Origin: Escherichia coli
GTDB lineage: Bacteria; Pseudomonadota; Gammaproteobacteria; Enterobacterales; Enterobacteriaceae
Assembly: GCF_046105845.1 (NCBI RefSeq)
Contig: NZ_CP151004.1
Strand: one strand, 5' to 3'
Length of the DNA stretch: 64,000 nucleotides
Shown here: piece after piece, positions 30,225-39,727 of the stretch
How positions within the stretch are numbered: the first letter of the stretch is position 1
Layout: each line of letters begins with the position of its first letter
The notes under the pieces: model-generated
The model's input: the letters and a program-made list of their open reading frames with translations, nothing else
What the model was told of the DNA's origin: nothing
Databases searched by the model: none
Made by a program: the position numbers and the translations under genes

Positions 30225-30869
30225 ATGGCAAAAATATTACCTTCTATATTTGGCGCGGATATTTTACGCCTGAAAGATGAAATTCATTTTCTGGAAGAGG
30301 AACAAACCGAAATATTGCACGTTGATTTAATGGATGGCACTTACGTCAGTAATATTGCCTTTGGCCCAAATCAAATTGCAGCAATGAAAAAAGCCAGTTC
30401 GATGATCTTTGACGTGCATATGATGCTGGCAAATCCTGAGCGACATATTGATGATGTAATCAATACCGGGGCGGAGATGATTTCTGTACATTATGAGTCG
30501 ACGCCACATGTGCATTATATTATTCAAAAAATCAAAAAAGCGGGGCGCAAAGCAGGTGTTGTGCTTAATCCTGGGACACCTGAATCTGTCATCGAGTATT
30601 TATTAGATGATATTGATTATATATTGTTAATGACAATTAATCCGGGGCAACTAGGCCAGACATTTATTCATAAAAGCCTGGAGAAAATCCGTAACACCAA
30701 AAAATTGATATCTGGCAGAGATATTCAAATTGAAGTGGATGGTGGCGTTAATCTTGATAATGTGAAACAAGTTAAAGAAGCGGGGGCTGACCTTATTGTT
30801 GTTGGCGGTGCATTATTTAACAAACAGCCTCATGAAAGTTATCAGGCATTAAAAATCGCTGTTCAGTGA
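30225..30869 (+). CDS. Ribulose-phosphate 3-epimerase family protein (ketose-phosphate 3-epimerase)
   Basis: 214 aa; N-terminal LPSIFGADILRLKDE matches the RPE SILSAD signature region; metal-binding His/Asp residues present. Confidence 0.8.
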   Translation: MAKILPSIFGADILRLKDEIHFLEEEQTEILHVDLMDGTYVSNIAFGPNQIAAMKKASSMIFDVHMMLANPERHIDDVINTGAEMISVHYESTPHVHYIIQKIKKAGRKAGVVLNPGTPESVIEYLLDDIDYILLMTINPGQLGQTFIHKSLEKIRNTKKLISGRDIQIEVDGGVNLDNVKQVKEAGADLIVVGGALFNKQPHESYQALKIAVQ

Positions 30870-30964
30870 TCATAATCTAAAAATTTTACATCCAGCTAAG
30901 TGAGGTTTTCGATTTCATATCGGGAGGAAAACCCCAACTAAAAAGTCTTTAATGGAGAAAAGTA

Positions 30965-31717
30965 ATGAGTAATTTTGCAGGTAAAGTGGTTTTAGTTACC
31001 GGAGGTGCTCACGGTATTGGCAAAGGGATAGCTAAACAATTTGCTGATCGTGGTGCACATACTGTTATTGTTGACTATAACGAAGAGAACGGCAAGGCCA
31101 CTGCAGCAGAGTTAACTTTTGGCGATGTTAAATCGCTGTTTGTTAAAACAGATGTCTCCGATCCACAGGCATTAGTGGATGTACGGGAAAAAGTATTTGC
31201 TACCTTTGGTCGTATTGATGTGTTGATATTAAATGCCGGTGTGGCATTTGCCAATAAAGTTAACAATATTTCTTTTGAGGAATGGAATAAGACTATCGCA
31301 ATTAACTTATCGGGATTATTTAATACCGTTAAGGCATTTTATGATGATTTCCTGACAAATAAGGGATCTATTGTTTATATCTCATCGGGATCAGCGCTTT
31401 CGGGGACTGGGGGCGGCGTGAGCTATCCTGCCAGTAAAGCGGGAGGCGAAGGATTGATTCGTGGTCTGGCAAAAGAGTTAGGACCAAAAGGCGTAAATGT
31501 TAATGCGATTGCTCCCCGCTTAATAGACACCGGAGATATGATGCGGGTCAACTATCCAACACAAGCCGATTTAGACGCTGTCCTGGAAAAAATACCCGTC
31601 CGTCGTCTGGGGACTATCGATGATGTGGCTAACCTGGCAATATTTTTGGCAGATAAAGATAACTCTTATATTCAGGGACAAACCATTTTAATGGATGGTG
31701 GCCGGACTATTGCTTAA
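30965..31717 (+). CDS. Short-chain dehydrogenase/reductase (SDR) family oxidoreductase
   Basis: 250 aa; Rossmann motif VTGGAHGIGKG and catalytic YPASK. Confidence 0.85.
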   Translation: MSNFAGKVVLVTGGAHGIGKGIAKQFADRGAHTVIVDYNEENGKATAAELTFGDVKSLFVKTDVSDPQALVDVREKVFATFGRIDVLILNAGVAFANKVNNISFEEWNKTIAINLSGLFNTVKAFYDDFLTNKGSIVYISSGSALSGTGGGVSYPASKAGGEGLIRGLAKELGPKGVNVNAIAPRLIDTGDMMRVNYPTQADLDAVLEKIPVRRLGTIDDVANLAIFLADKDNSYIQGQTILMDGGRTIA

Positions 31718-31732
31718 AAAGGGAGAGGAAAA

Positions 31733-32293
31733 ATGAGTGTTCAGGAAAATACTCTTAATATTCTGCATGAATTAGAGAGTAATGCACTGAAGATTGACGA
31801 TGCTCAGGCTGCACAGTTTATTTCGCAAATCAGAAATGCCCGGCATATTTTTTTGCAGGGAGCTGGGCGCAGTGGCATTGCTATTCGCGCTTTTGCTAAT
31901 CGCTTGCTGCATTTAGGTTTTTCAGTAAGCGTTGTGGGAGAAATATCATCACCGCATACCCAACCTGGAGATCTATTAATTATTGGGTCAGGCAGTGGTG
32001 AAACTACCAGTTTAAAAAGTCTGGCACAAAAAGCAGTTGATAGCGGAGTAAACGTAGCTCTGGTAACTATGAAAGCAGATTCGACGATCGGTAAATTAGC
32101 TCAATCTGTGTTGGTACTACCAGGAAGTGTGAAAGACGATAACAATCGTGTTGCAGGCGCTTTCGCACAACCAATGGGATCGGCTTTTGAGCAGCTCTGC
32201 TTTATTACTTATGATGCAATTGTTCTGGAGTTGATGTCTGAACTGGGTGAAAGCAGTGCCACAATGTTTACCCGACACGCTGATCTGGAATGA
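31733..32293 (+). CDS. SIS-domain sugar-phosphate isomerase (6-phospho-3-hexuloisomerase-like)
   Basis: 186 aa; SIS-domain features (FLQGAGRSG ... LLIIGSGSGETT) and size typical of PHI-type isomerases. Confidence 0.7.
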   Translation: MSVQENTLNILHELESNALKIDDAQAAQFISQIRNARHIFLQGAGRSGIAIRAFANRLLHLGFSVSVVGEISSPHTQPGDLLIIGSGSGETTSLKSLAQKAVDSGVNVALVTMKADSTIGKLAQSVLVLPGSVKDDNNRVAGAFAQPMGSAFEQLCFITYDAIVLELMSELGESSATMFTRHADLE

Positions 32294-32317
32294 CCAAAGA
32301 GTTGGTAATTAGAAAGT

Positions 32318-32346
32318 AAAAAGCCTGCTTGAAAGCAGGCTTTTTT
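32318..32346. terminator. Bidirectional rho-independent terminator between the SIS gene and tRNA-Asn
   Basis: aaaagcctgcttgaaagcaggctttttt: perfect hairpin flanked by A-run and T-run. Confidence 0.8.
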
Positions 32347-32351
32347 GAATT

Positions 32352-32427
32352 TGGCTCCTCTGACTGGACTCGAACCAGTGACATACGGATTAACAGTCCG
32401 CCGTTCTACCGACTGAACTACAGAGGA
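32352..32427 (-). tRNA. asnV: tRNA-Asn (anticodon GUU)
   Basis: Reverse complement is the 76-nt E. coli tRNA-Asn TCCTCTGTAGTTCAGTCGGTAGAACGGCGGACTGTTAATCCG...GAGGAGCCA. Confidence 0.95.
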
Positions 32428-32752
32428 ATCGTGTGAACGGGGCGCATATTAATGGCAGTGCATGGTGATGTCAAAGGGTGAAATGCATTTTTTTGTTTGT
32501 TTGCTGTCAATTTCAACAAAGTGGTGAGCTTTCAATCTTATTGGTAATGAACCATCGTGGTGCATACCCTCCTTTTATGGGGCAGGGGAACGCGACAGCT
32601 GATAAAAAGAGCCAATGACGAACCTATCATAATCTCTTATTTGACAGTTGGTTAGCTTGTACATCAACGCCAAAATAAAACTGGCAAGCATCTTGCAATC
32701 TGGTTGTAAGTAATGGCGGCACTTGGGCCGATTCTTAAAAACCGGAGGCAAC

Positions 32753-33670
32753 ATGAACTTCAGACGCCTGAAATACTTCGTAAAAATTGTAGATATTGGT
32801 AGCCTGACCCAGGCTGCTGAAGTATTGCATATCGCACAACCAGCGCTCAGTCAGCAGGTTGCCACACTGGAAGGTGAGTTAAATCAACAACTTTTGATTC
32901 GCACAAAACGGGGCGTTACGCCAACTGACGCCGGAAAAATTCTCTATACCCATGCGCGGGCCATTTTACGTCAGTGTGAGCAGGCCCAACTGGCGGTGCA
33001 TAACGTTGGTCAGGCATTATCGGGGCAAGTCTCGATTGGCTTTGCGCCAGGAACCGCTGCGTCATCCATCACCATGCCCTTATTACAGGCGGTTCGCGCT
33101 GAATTCCCGGAGGTCGTTATCTATCTTCATGAAAATAGCGGTGCAGTACTTAACGAAAAACTGATAAATCATCAACTCGATATGGCGGTGATTTATGAGC
33201 ATTCCCCTGTGGCTGGTGTATCCAGCCAGGCTTTGCTGAAAGAAGATCTTTTCCTGGTAGGAACTCAAGATTGCCCGGGGCAAAGCGTTGATGTTAATGC
33301 TATTGCGCAAATGAACCTCTTTCTCCCCAGTGATTACAGTGCTATTAGACTTCGTGTTGATGAGGCTTTTTCCCTACGGCGACTCACGGCAAAAGTCATT
33401 GGTGAAATTGAGTCTATTGCCACGCTTACCGCAGCGATTGCTAGCGGCATGGGCGTTGCAGTATTACCCGAATCGGCCGCGCGTTCGTTATGTGGCGCAG
33501 TAAATGGTTGGATGTCACGCATTACCACTCCTTCCATGAGTCTCTCTTTGTCATTAAATTTACCCGCCAGAGCGAACTTATCGCCACAGGCACAGGCAGT
33601 GAAAGAGTTGTTAATGTCAGTGATGAGTTCTCCAGTGATGGAAAAAAGGCAGTGGCAATTGGTGAGCTAA
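32753..33670 (+). CDS. nac: Nitrogen assimilation control protein Nac (LysR family)
   Basis: Internal start MNFRRLKYFVKIVDIGSLTQAAEVLHIAQPALSQQV (LysR HTH); 305 aa. Confidence 0.92.
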   Translation: MNFRRLKYFVKIVDIGSLTQAAEVLHIAQPALSQQVATLEGELNQQLLIRTKRGVTPTDAGKILYTHARAILRQCEQAQLAVHNVGQALSGQVSIGFAPGTAASSITMPLLQAVRAEFPEVVIYLHENSGAVLNEKLINHQLDMAVIYEHSPVAGVSSQALLKEDLFLVGTQDCPGQSVDVNAIAQMNLFLPSDYSAIRLRVDEAFSLRRLTAKVIGEIESIATLTAAIASGMGVAVLPESAARSLCGAVNGWMSRITTPSMSLSLSLNLPARANLSPQAQAVKELLMSVMSSPVMEKRQWQLVS

Positions 33671-33771
33671 GCGTTATATCGGGATGGAATAAGATGCGGG
33701 TTTTTATTATTTGTTATGCCGGGCATTAGACTTTAACAATAACGGGAAATCTGAACTGCCCGGAGTTTACC

Positions 33772-34722
33772 GTGAATTTCCAACAAATAAAGATAATCCG
33801 CGAGGCTGCACGTCAGGATTACAACCTGACAGAGGTTGCGAATATGCTTTTTACCTCACAGTCCGGCGTCAGCCGTCATATTCGGGAACTGGAGGATGAA
33901 CTTGGCATCGAAATATTTGTTCGACGAGGTAAGCGACTGCTGGGCATGACTGAACCGGGCAAAGCATTACTGGTCATTGCAGAACGTATTCTGAATGAAG
34001 CCAGTAATGTTCGTCGGCTTGCAGACCTGTTTACCAACGATACGTCTGGCGTTCTCACTATTGCAACGACGCATACTCAGGCACGTTATAGCTTGCCAGA
34101 GGTCATTAAAGCTTTTCGCGAACTTTTCCCGGAGGTTCGGCTGGAGCTAATCCAGGGTACGCCACAGGAAATTGCGACGTTGTTGCAAAATGGCGAAGCT
34201 GATATTGGTATCGCCAGCGAGCGTTTGAGTAATGACCCGCAGCTCGTCGCCTTCCCGTGGTTTCGTTGGCACCATAGTTTGCTTGTTCCACTCGATCATC
34301 CCTTGACGCAAATTACACCGTTGACGCTGGAATCAATAGCGAAGTGGCCGTTAATTACTTACCGACAGGGGATTACGGGGCGCTCACGTATTGATGACGC
34401 ATTTGTCCGCAAAGGTTTGCTGGTAGATATTGTATTAAGTGCGCAGGATTCTGATGTCATTAAAACCTATGTTGCTCTTGGGTTGGGGATTGGATTAGTT
34501 GCCGAACAATCCAGCGGCGAACAAGAGGAAGAGAATTTAATCCGTCTTGATACGCGGCATCTTTTCGATGCCAATACTGTATGGTTGGGACTGAAGCGAG
34601 GGCAACTTCAACGTAACTATGTCTGGCGCTTTCTGGAACTTTGTAATGCAGGACTGTCAGTTGAGGATATCAAGCGCCAGGTGATGGAGAACAGTGAAGA
34701 GGAAATTGATTATCAGATATAG
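33772..34722 (+). CDS. cbl: Cbl, LysR-family regulator of sulfonate-sulfur utilisation
   Basis: 316 aa beginning MNFQQIKIIREAARQDYNLTEVANMLFTSQSGVSRHIRELE. Confidence 0.92.
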   Translation: MNFQQIKIIREAARQDYNLTEVANMLFTSQSGVSRHIRELEDELGIEIFVRRGKRLLGMTEPGKALLVIAERILNEASNVRRLADLFTNDTSGVLTIATTHTQARYSLPEVIKAFRELFPEVRLELIQGTPQEIATLLQNGEADIGIASERLSNDPQLVAFPWFRWHHSLLVPLDHPLTQITPLTLESIAKWPLITYRQGITGRSRIDDAFVRKGLLVDIVLSAQDSDVIKTYVALGLGIGLVAEQSSGEQEEENLIRLDTRHLFDANTVWLGLKRGQLQRNYVWRFLELCNAGLSVEDIKRQVMENSEEEIDYQI

Positions 34723-34723
34723 C

Positions 34724-34752
34724 AAAAAGCCCGCTATAAAAGCGGGCTTTTC
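34724..34752. terminator. Bidirectional rho-independent terminator between cbl and tRNA-Asn
   Basis: aaaagcccgctataaaagcgggcttttc hairpin. Confidence 0.75.
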
Positions 34753-34759
34753 AGAAATT

Positions 34760-34835
34760 TGGCTCCTCTGACTGGACTCGAACCAGTGACATACGGATTA
34801 ACAGTCCGCCGTTCTACCGACTGAACTACAGAGGA
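34760..34835 (-). tRNA. asnU: tRNA-Asn (anticodon GUU)
   Basis: Identical 76-nt tRNA-Asn sequence on the minus strand. Confidence 0.95.
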
Positions 34836-34995
34836 ATCGCTGTTGAGGCACATCTTAACGGCGAAAAATCTTTTGTCAAACCCGATTTTTAAATTTCCCA
34901 ACTGTTTGCCGTTTCTATCAACAGTTTGTTGCATTTGCAGACAATTTGTTGGCGAAAATCTTTGCAGCTTTGCTGATTCTCCCTCATTATTTGAA

Positions 34996-36483
34996 ATGTG
35001 GTTTCACTTTCTGCAATTAAGGTCGGCTTTGAATATCTCCTCTGCTTTACGCCAGGTTGTTCACGGCACTCGCTGGCACGCTAAACGCAAGAGCTACAAA
35101 GTGTTGTTCTGGCGCGAGATAACCCCGCTTGCTGTTCCTATCTTCATGGAGAACGCCTGTGTCCTGTTGATGGGTGTTCTGAGCACTTTTCTGGTCAGCT
35201 GGCTGGGAAAAGATGCGATGGCCGGCGTGGGATTGGCCGACAGCTTCAATATGGTCATTATGGCTTTTTTTGCAGCTATCGATCTTGGTACCACTGTCGT
35301 TGTGGCATTTAGTCTCGGTAAGCGGGATCGACGACGAGCGAGGGTGGCGACGCGGCAGTCATTGGTGATCATGACGTTGTTTGCCGTACTGTTGGCAACG
35401 CTTATTCATCATTTTGGCGAACAAATTATTGATTTCGTCGCGGGTGATGCCACGACAGAAGTTAAAGCACTGGCGTTGACTTATCTGGAGCTGACGGTAC
35501 TCAGTTATCCAGCAGCTGCCATCACTTTGATTGGTAGTGGGGCACTTCGTGGTGCAGGGAATACGAAAATACCGCTACTGATTAACGGTAGCCTGAATAT
35601 TCTTAATATTATTATTAGCGGCATATTGATTTACGGCCTTTTCTCCTGGCCGGGACTGGGATTTGTCGGGGCTGGGTTGGGTTTAACCATTTCTCGTTAT
35701 ATTGGCGCAGTGGCAATTTTGTGGGTGCTGGCGATTGGTTTTAATCCTGCGCTAAGGATTTCGTTAAAGAGCTATTTTAAACCGCTGAATTTTAGCATTA
35801 TCTGGGAAGTCATGGGGATTGGTATTCCAGCAAGTGTCGAATCAGTATTATTTACCAGTGGTCGGTTATTAACCCAAATGTTCGTTGCCGGGATGGGGAC
35901 CAGTGTTATTGCCGGAAATTTTATCGCGTTTTCAATTGCGGCTCTTATCAACTTACCCGGAAGTGCGCTCGGCTCTGCTTCTACGATCATTACAGGCCGA
36001 AGGTTGGGAGTAGGGCAGATAGCGCAAGCAGAGATTCAGTTGCGGCATGTGTTCTGGCTGTCCACTCTTGGATTAACGGCCATCGCCTGGCTAACGGCTC
36101 CCTTTGCCGGGGTTATGGCATCGTTTTACACCCAGGATCCACAGGTTAAACATGTCGTTGTGATTCTGATTTGGCTAAATGCTTTATTTATGCCTATTTG
36201 GTCTGCCTCATGGGTGCTACCCGCTGGATTTAAGGGTGCTCGCGATGCACGTTACGCCATGTGGGTTTCTATGTTGAGCATGTGGGGTTGCCGGGTTGTA
36301 GTCGGTTATGTGCTGGGAATCATGCTTGGCTGGGGGGTGGTTGGTGTCTGGATGGGAATGTTTGCCGACTGGGCTGTGCGGGCCGTGCTGTTTTACTGGC
36401 GAATGGTTACTGGACGTTGGCTGTGGAAATATCCTCGATCTGAGCCGCAAAAGTGTGAAAAAAAGCCAGTTGTGTCGGAATAA
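34996..36483 (+). CDS. yeeO: YeeO MATE-family efflux transporter
   Basis: Internal start MWFHFLQLRSALNISSALRQ gives 495 aa; 12-TM MATE-like protein; the supplied ORF has a 51-codon upstream extension. Confidence 0.88.
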   Translation: MWFHFLQLRSALNISSALRQVVHGTRWHAKRKSYKVLFWREITPLAVPIFMENACVLLMGVLSTFLVSWLGKDAMAGVGLADSFNMVIMAFFAAIDLGTTVVVAFSLGKRDRRRARVATRQSLVIMTLFAVLLATLIHHFGEQIIDFVAGDATTEVKALALTYLELTVLSYPAAAITLIGSGALRGAGNTKIPLLINGSLNILNIIISGILIYGLFSWPGLGFVGAGLGLTISRYIGAVAILWVLAIGFNPALRISLKSYFKPLNFSIIWEVMGIGIPASVESVLFTSGRLLTQMFVAGMGTSVIAGNFIAFSIAALINLPGSALGSASTIITGRRLGVGQIAQAEIQLRHVFWLSTLGLTAIAWLTAPFAGVMASFYTQDPQVKHVVVILIWLNALFMPIWSASWVLPAGFKGARDARYAMWVSMLSMWGCRVVVGYVLGIMLGWGVVGVWMGMFADWAVRAVLFYWRMVTGRWLWKYPRSEPQKCEKKPVVSE

Positions 36484-36583
36484 ACGACAAAGTGCAGATT
36501 ATTTCAGCAAACGATTTCAAATTTAAAAAACAGGCTTTGACATTGTGGATGGGCATCGCTAATATTCGCCTCGTTCTCACGAT

Positions 36584-36659
36584 TCCTCTGTAGTTCAGTC
36601 GGTAGAACGGCGGACTGTTAATCCGTATGTCACTGGTTCGAGTCCAGTCAGAGGAGCCA
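36584..36659 (+). tRNA. asnW: tRNA-Asn (anticodon GUU)
   Basis: Plus-strand copy of the same 76-nt tRNA-Asn sequence. Confidence 0.95.
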
Positions 36660-36720
36660 AATTTTAGTTTTGAGACATCTCTATAAGTCTCAAAACAGTT
36701 AAAAAATAAAAATTATTTTT

Positions 36721-36757
36721 ACCCGGTTACTTGTAAAAAAGTTACCGGGTTTTTTGA
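36721..36757 (+). terminator. Rho-independent terminator after tRNA-Asn
   Basis: acccggttacttgtaaaaaagttaccgggtttttt hairpin plus T-run; preceded by a second hairpin at 36667-36694. Confidence 0.75.
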
Positions 36758-37112
36758 TTTCTGTGTTTCGTGCGCTTAATCGAGTCTCACGCTTCAGTGA
36801 GCAAATTGCCCCTCCCCAACAGACATCACGATTCGCAAGGTCAAAAACTCTGTTCCATGAAGTACCGTACAAAGATAAAGAGAAAAATGCCTTATGCGGG
36901 ATGTCGCTATCGCGTCTTTATCGGGAAACTATGCGTAATTGCCACTTTGCCTTCTGTAATCAGAAAAAGAAGAACTGGAATTTTAATAAATATTATTTCT
37001 CTGGGAATGGGTTTTTTTTATAATCAATATGACGAGTTGAACATTATATTTTTATAATGATTATATGAGATTAAAGAAATCTGCCATAAAGACAGATTTC
37101 TTTAAAATATAA

Positions 37113-37829
37113 TTAGAGATTTGCGACGTTATGATAAACTTTTTGTACATCGTCGTCATCTTCAAGGGCATCAACAAGCCCTTCAAAGATTTCTAAATCT
37201 TCTGGGGAAAGCTCAACTTCAGATTGAGCAATCATTTCTAATTCTGTTGTTGAGAACTCAGTGATTCCAGCTGCTTTTAGAGCCGCGATTCCTTTATGAA
37301 GGTCAGTAGGTTCGGTATAAATAACAATGTTACCTTCTTCTTCAGTCACATCACGAACATCAACTTCAGCTTCAAGTAAAATTTCAAAAATATGGTCAGG
37401 GTCTGTTCCTTTAAATACAATCACACCCGTATTGTCAAACATATAGCTGACAGAACCTGCCGCTCCGATATTGCCGCCTTTTTTATTGAAAATTGTGCGA
37501 ACGTTAGCAATCGTACGGTTAACATTGGAAGTCAAGGTTTCAGCGATAATCATTGAGCCATTAGGACCAAAGCCTTCATAACGGCCCTGCACGAACGTTT
37601 CATCTCCGCCGCCTTTGGCTTTATCAATTGCTTTATCAATAACATGCTTTGGAACTTGTGCCTGCTTTGCTCGTTCAATAACGAATTTTAAAGATGTGTT
37701 TAATTCTGGATCGGGTTCACCTTGTTTGGCAGCGGCATAGATTTCTACACCGAATTTTGCATAAATTTTAGACGTCGCACCGTCTTTAGCCGTTTTTTTA
37801 GCAACAATATTGGCCCATTTACGTCCCAC
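37113..37829 (-). CDS. yeeN: YeeN, YebC/PmpR-family transcriptional regulator
   Basis: 238 aa beginning [27 protein letters not shown]. Confidence 0.92.
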
Positions 37830-38171
37830 TGGAATGATCTCCTCGAAAATTTATTTACATTACTGGTAAATCGTTAACATGTGTTAGTTCGGCATATTAT
37901 ATCATAACAGGAAAAATCTCGTCTATTAGAAATAAAAATATTCTAAAGCCATAATATTATATTTAATCTCATAAAAACTAATGTTGTTGGCGGATTTTTT
38001 TATAATTCTTTTTTGAAAGCATACTTGCTTTTAATATGTGGAAATCATTAAGACGATAATAAAACTCGTATCCGCCCAAGGAAGCAAACAGCCCGCGTTT
38101 ATTGCGGGCTATTTGCCAGATGTCTTACTTAATCCTTCACATCTATTTTTGATAAGAAGGTTCAGAACTTA

Positions 38172-39626
38172 TTATCGGAACGGCGGCTCATTAAAGGTTC
38201 GTAATTTACGTGAATGCAGTCGGTCGCCTTCTGCGCGCAGCAAATCGATCGCCCGAATGCCAATTTGCAGGTGTTCGGAAATAGCGCCTTCATAAAAACG
38301 GTTAGCCTGACCGGGAAGTTTAATCTCACCATGCAACGGTTTATCTGAAACACACAGTAGTGTCCCGTATGGCACGCGGAAACGATATCCTTGCGCAGCG
38401 ATGGTTGCACTTTCCATATCAATTGCTACGGCCCGGCTTAAGTTAAAACGAAGTGCAGAAGCTGAGTAACGTAATTCCCAATTCCTGTCATCTGTGGTTA
38501 CCACAGTGCCAGTACGTAGCCGCTGTTTAACTTCCTCACCGGGCCTGCCGCTGACTAACTTGGTAGCGTCATAAAGCGCACGTTGCACTTCAGCAATGCT
38601 CGGAATAGGAATATCGGGCGGCAGTACCGCATCAAGAACGTGGTCATCGCGTAAATAAGCGTGTGCAAGTACATAATCTCCAATGGCCTGGCTTTCACGT
38701 AAGCCACCACAGTGACCAATCATCAACCAGACATCCGGGCGTAGCACCGCCAGATGATCGCAGATGGTTTTTGCATTTGACGGTCCCACGCCAATATTCA
38801 CCAGAGTAATACCCTGACCATCGACGGTAATTAAATGCCATGCTGGCATCTGGTGTTTTTTCCATGCAAGGTCGGAAATGGCTTCTTCTGGCGCTTCGGT
38901 TTCGGCGGTGATCCAGTTCCCGCCAGCACAAGAAAGGGCAATGTAGGGACTATCAGGGTCGAGGATCTGGCTGCATCCCCAACGAACGAATTCATCCACA
39001 TAACGTGTGTAGTTGGTAAACAAGACGAACGGCTGAAAATGTTCAACTGGCGTACCGGTATAATGGCGCAACCGCGCGAGGGAAAAATCGACGCGGCGCG
39101 CATCAAAATGCGATAGCGGGGAGAATTCCGTTGGATGATAAATGCCGTCTGCAGTTTCATCGCCAATTTGCGCCAGTTCTGTTGTCGGGAAGTAGCGAGT
39201 TAGCCCAGCGCTCATTGAGCGATCAAGTGTCAATTCAGAGCCATCGATGACATAAGGATAAGGGATTTCATGCTGCGAGGGTTGCATCGAGATATGCGCA
39301 CCATAATCCTGATACAGCAACGTAAGTTGTTCATTGAGATACGAACGAAAGAGAGTAGGGCGAGTAATCGTGGTGGTGTAGCTGCCTGCGTGGGTAAAAC
39401 GACCAAATGCGCGCGTTTTGGGGGGATTGGTTGTGCTACCGTCCCAGGTTACGGTCAGTGATGGATAGACAAAAAGACCTTGTTTGCGGGCGTTTTCATC
39501 AGGTAATTCGCCACTTGTAATATATTTGCCAATGGCGTTGCGTAAAGCGACTACAGATTGCTCATACAGCGCGTCGAGTTTATCCAGTGCCTGAGCTGGG
39601 GTCAGACCGGAGCCCTTATTATTCAT
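38172..39626 (-). CDS. amn: AMP nucleosidase
   Basis: Internal start MNNKGSGLTPAQALDKLDALYEQ gives 484 aa; the supplied ORF has an upstream extension. Confidence 0.92.
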   Translation of the reverse strand: MNNKGSGLTPAQALDKLDALYEQSVVALRNAIGKYITSGELPDENARKQGLFVYPSLTVTWDGSTTNPPKTRAFGRFTHAGSYTTTITRPTLFRSYLNEQLTLLYQDYGAHISMQPSQHEIPYPYVIDGSELTLDRSMSAGLTRYFPTTELAQIGDETADGIYHPTEFSPLSHFDARRVDFSLARLRHYTGTPVEHFQPFVLFTNYTRYVDEFVRWGCSQILDPDSPYIALSCAGGNWITAETEAPEEAISDLAWKKHQMPAWHLITVDGQGITLVNIGVGPSNAKTICDHLAVLRPDVWLMIGHCGGLRESQAIGDYVLAHAYLRDDHVLDAVLPPDIPIPSIAEVQRALYDATKLVSGRPGEEVKQRLRTGTVVTTDDRNWELRYSASALRFNLSRAVAIDMESATIAAQGYRFRVPYGTLLCVSDKPLHGEIKLPGQANRFYEGAISEHLQIGIRAIDLLRAEGDRLHSRKLRTFNEPPFR

Positions 39627-39727
39627 GTGTGTCTCCTGTTCCATACAATTACCGCACATCCGATAGTATGTCACAGAAATGTGAAACAAAAGTGTAAGGC
39701 GAAGATCGGATGATCTTCGCCAGACTA

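Noticed and set aside
32-36483. Longer N-termini given by the six-frame track for yeeX, pduU, pduF, cobS, nac, yeeO, amn, mtfA, hprR, yedS and yedJ
   Set aside because: The track starts at the first in-frame start codon after a stop; internal ATGs reproduce the expected N-termini of the known proteins, so the upstream extensions were not adopted.
36754-37057. Two overlapping ORFs (89 and 95 aa) in the asnW-yeeN intergenic region
   Set aside because: Low-complexity, basic, AT-rich translations with no ribosome-binding site; the region is better explained by tRNA and yeeN terminator hairpins and promoter sequence.
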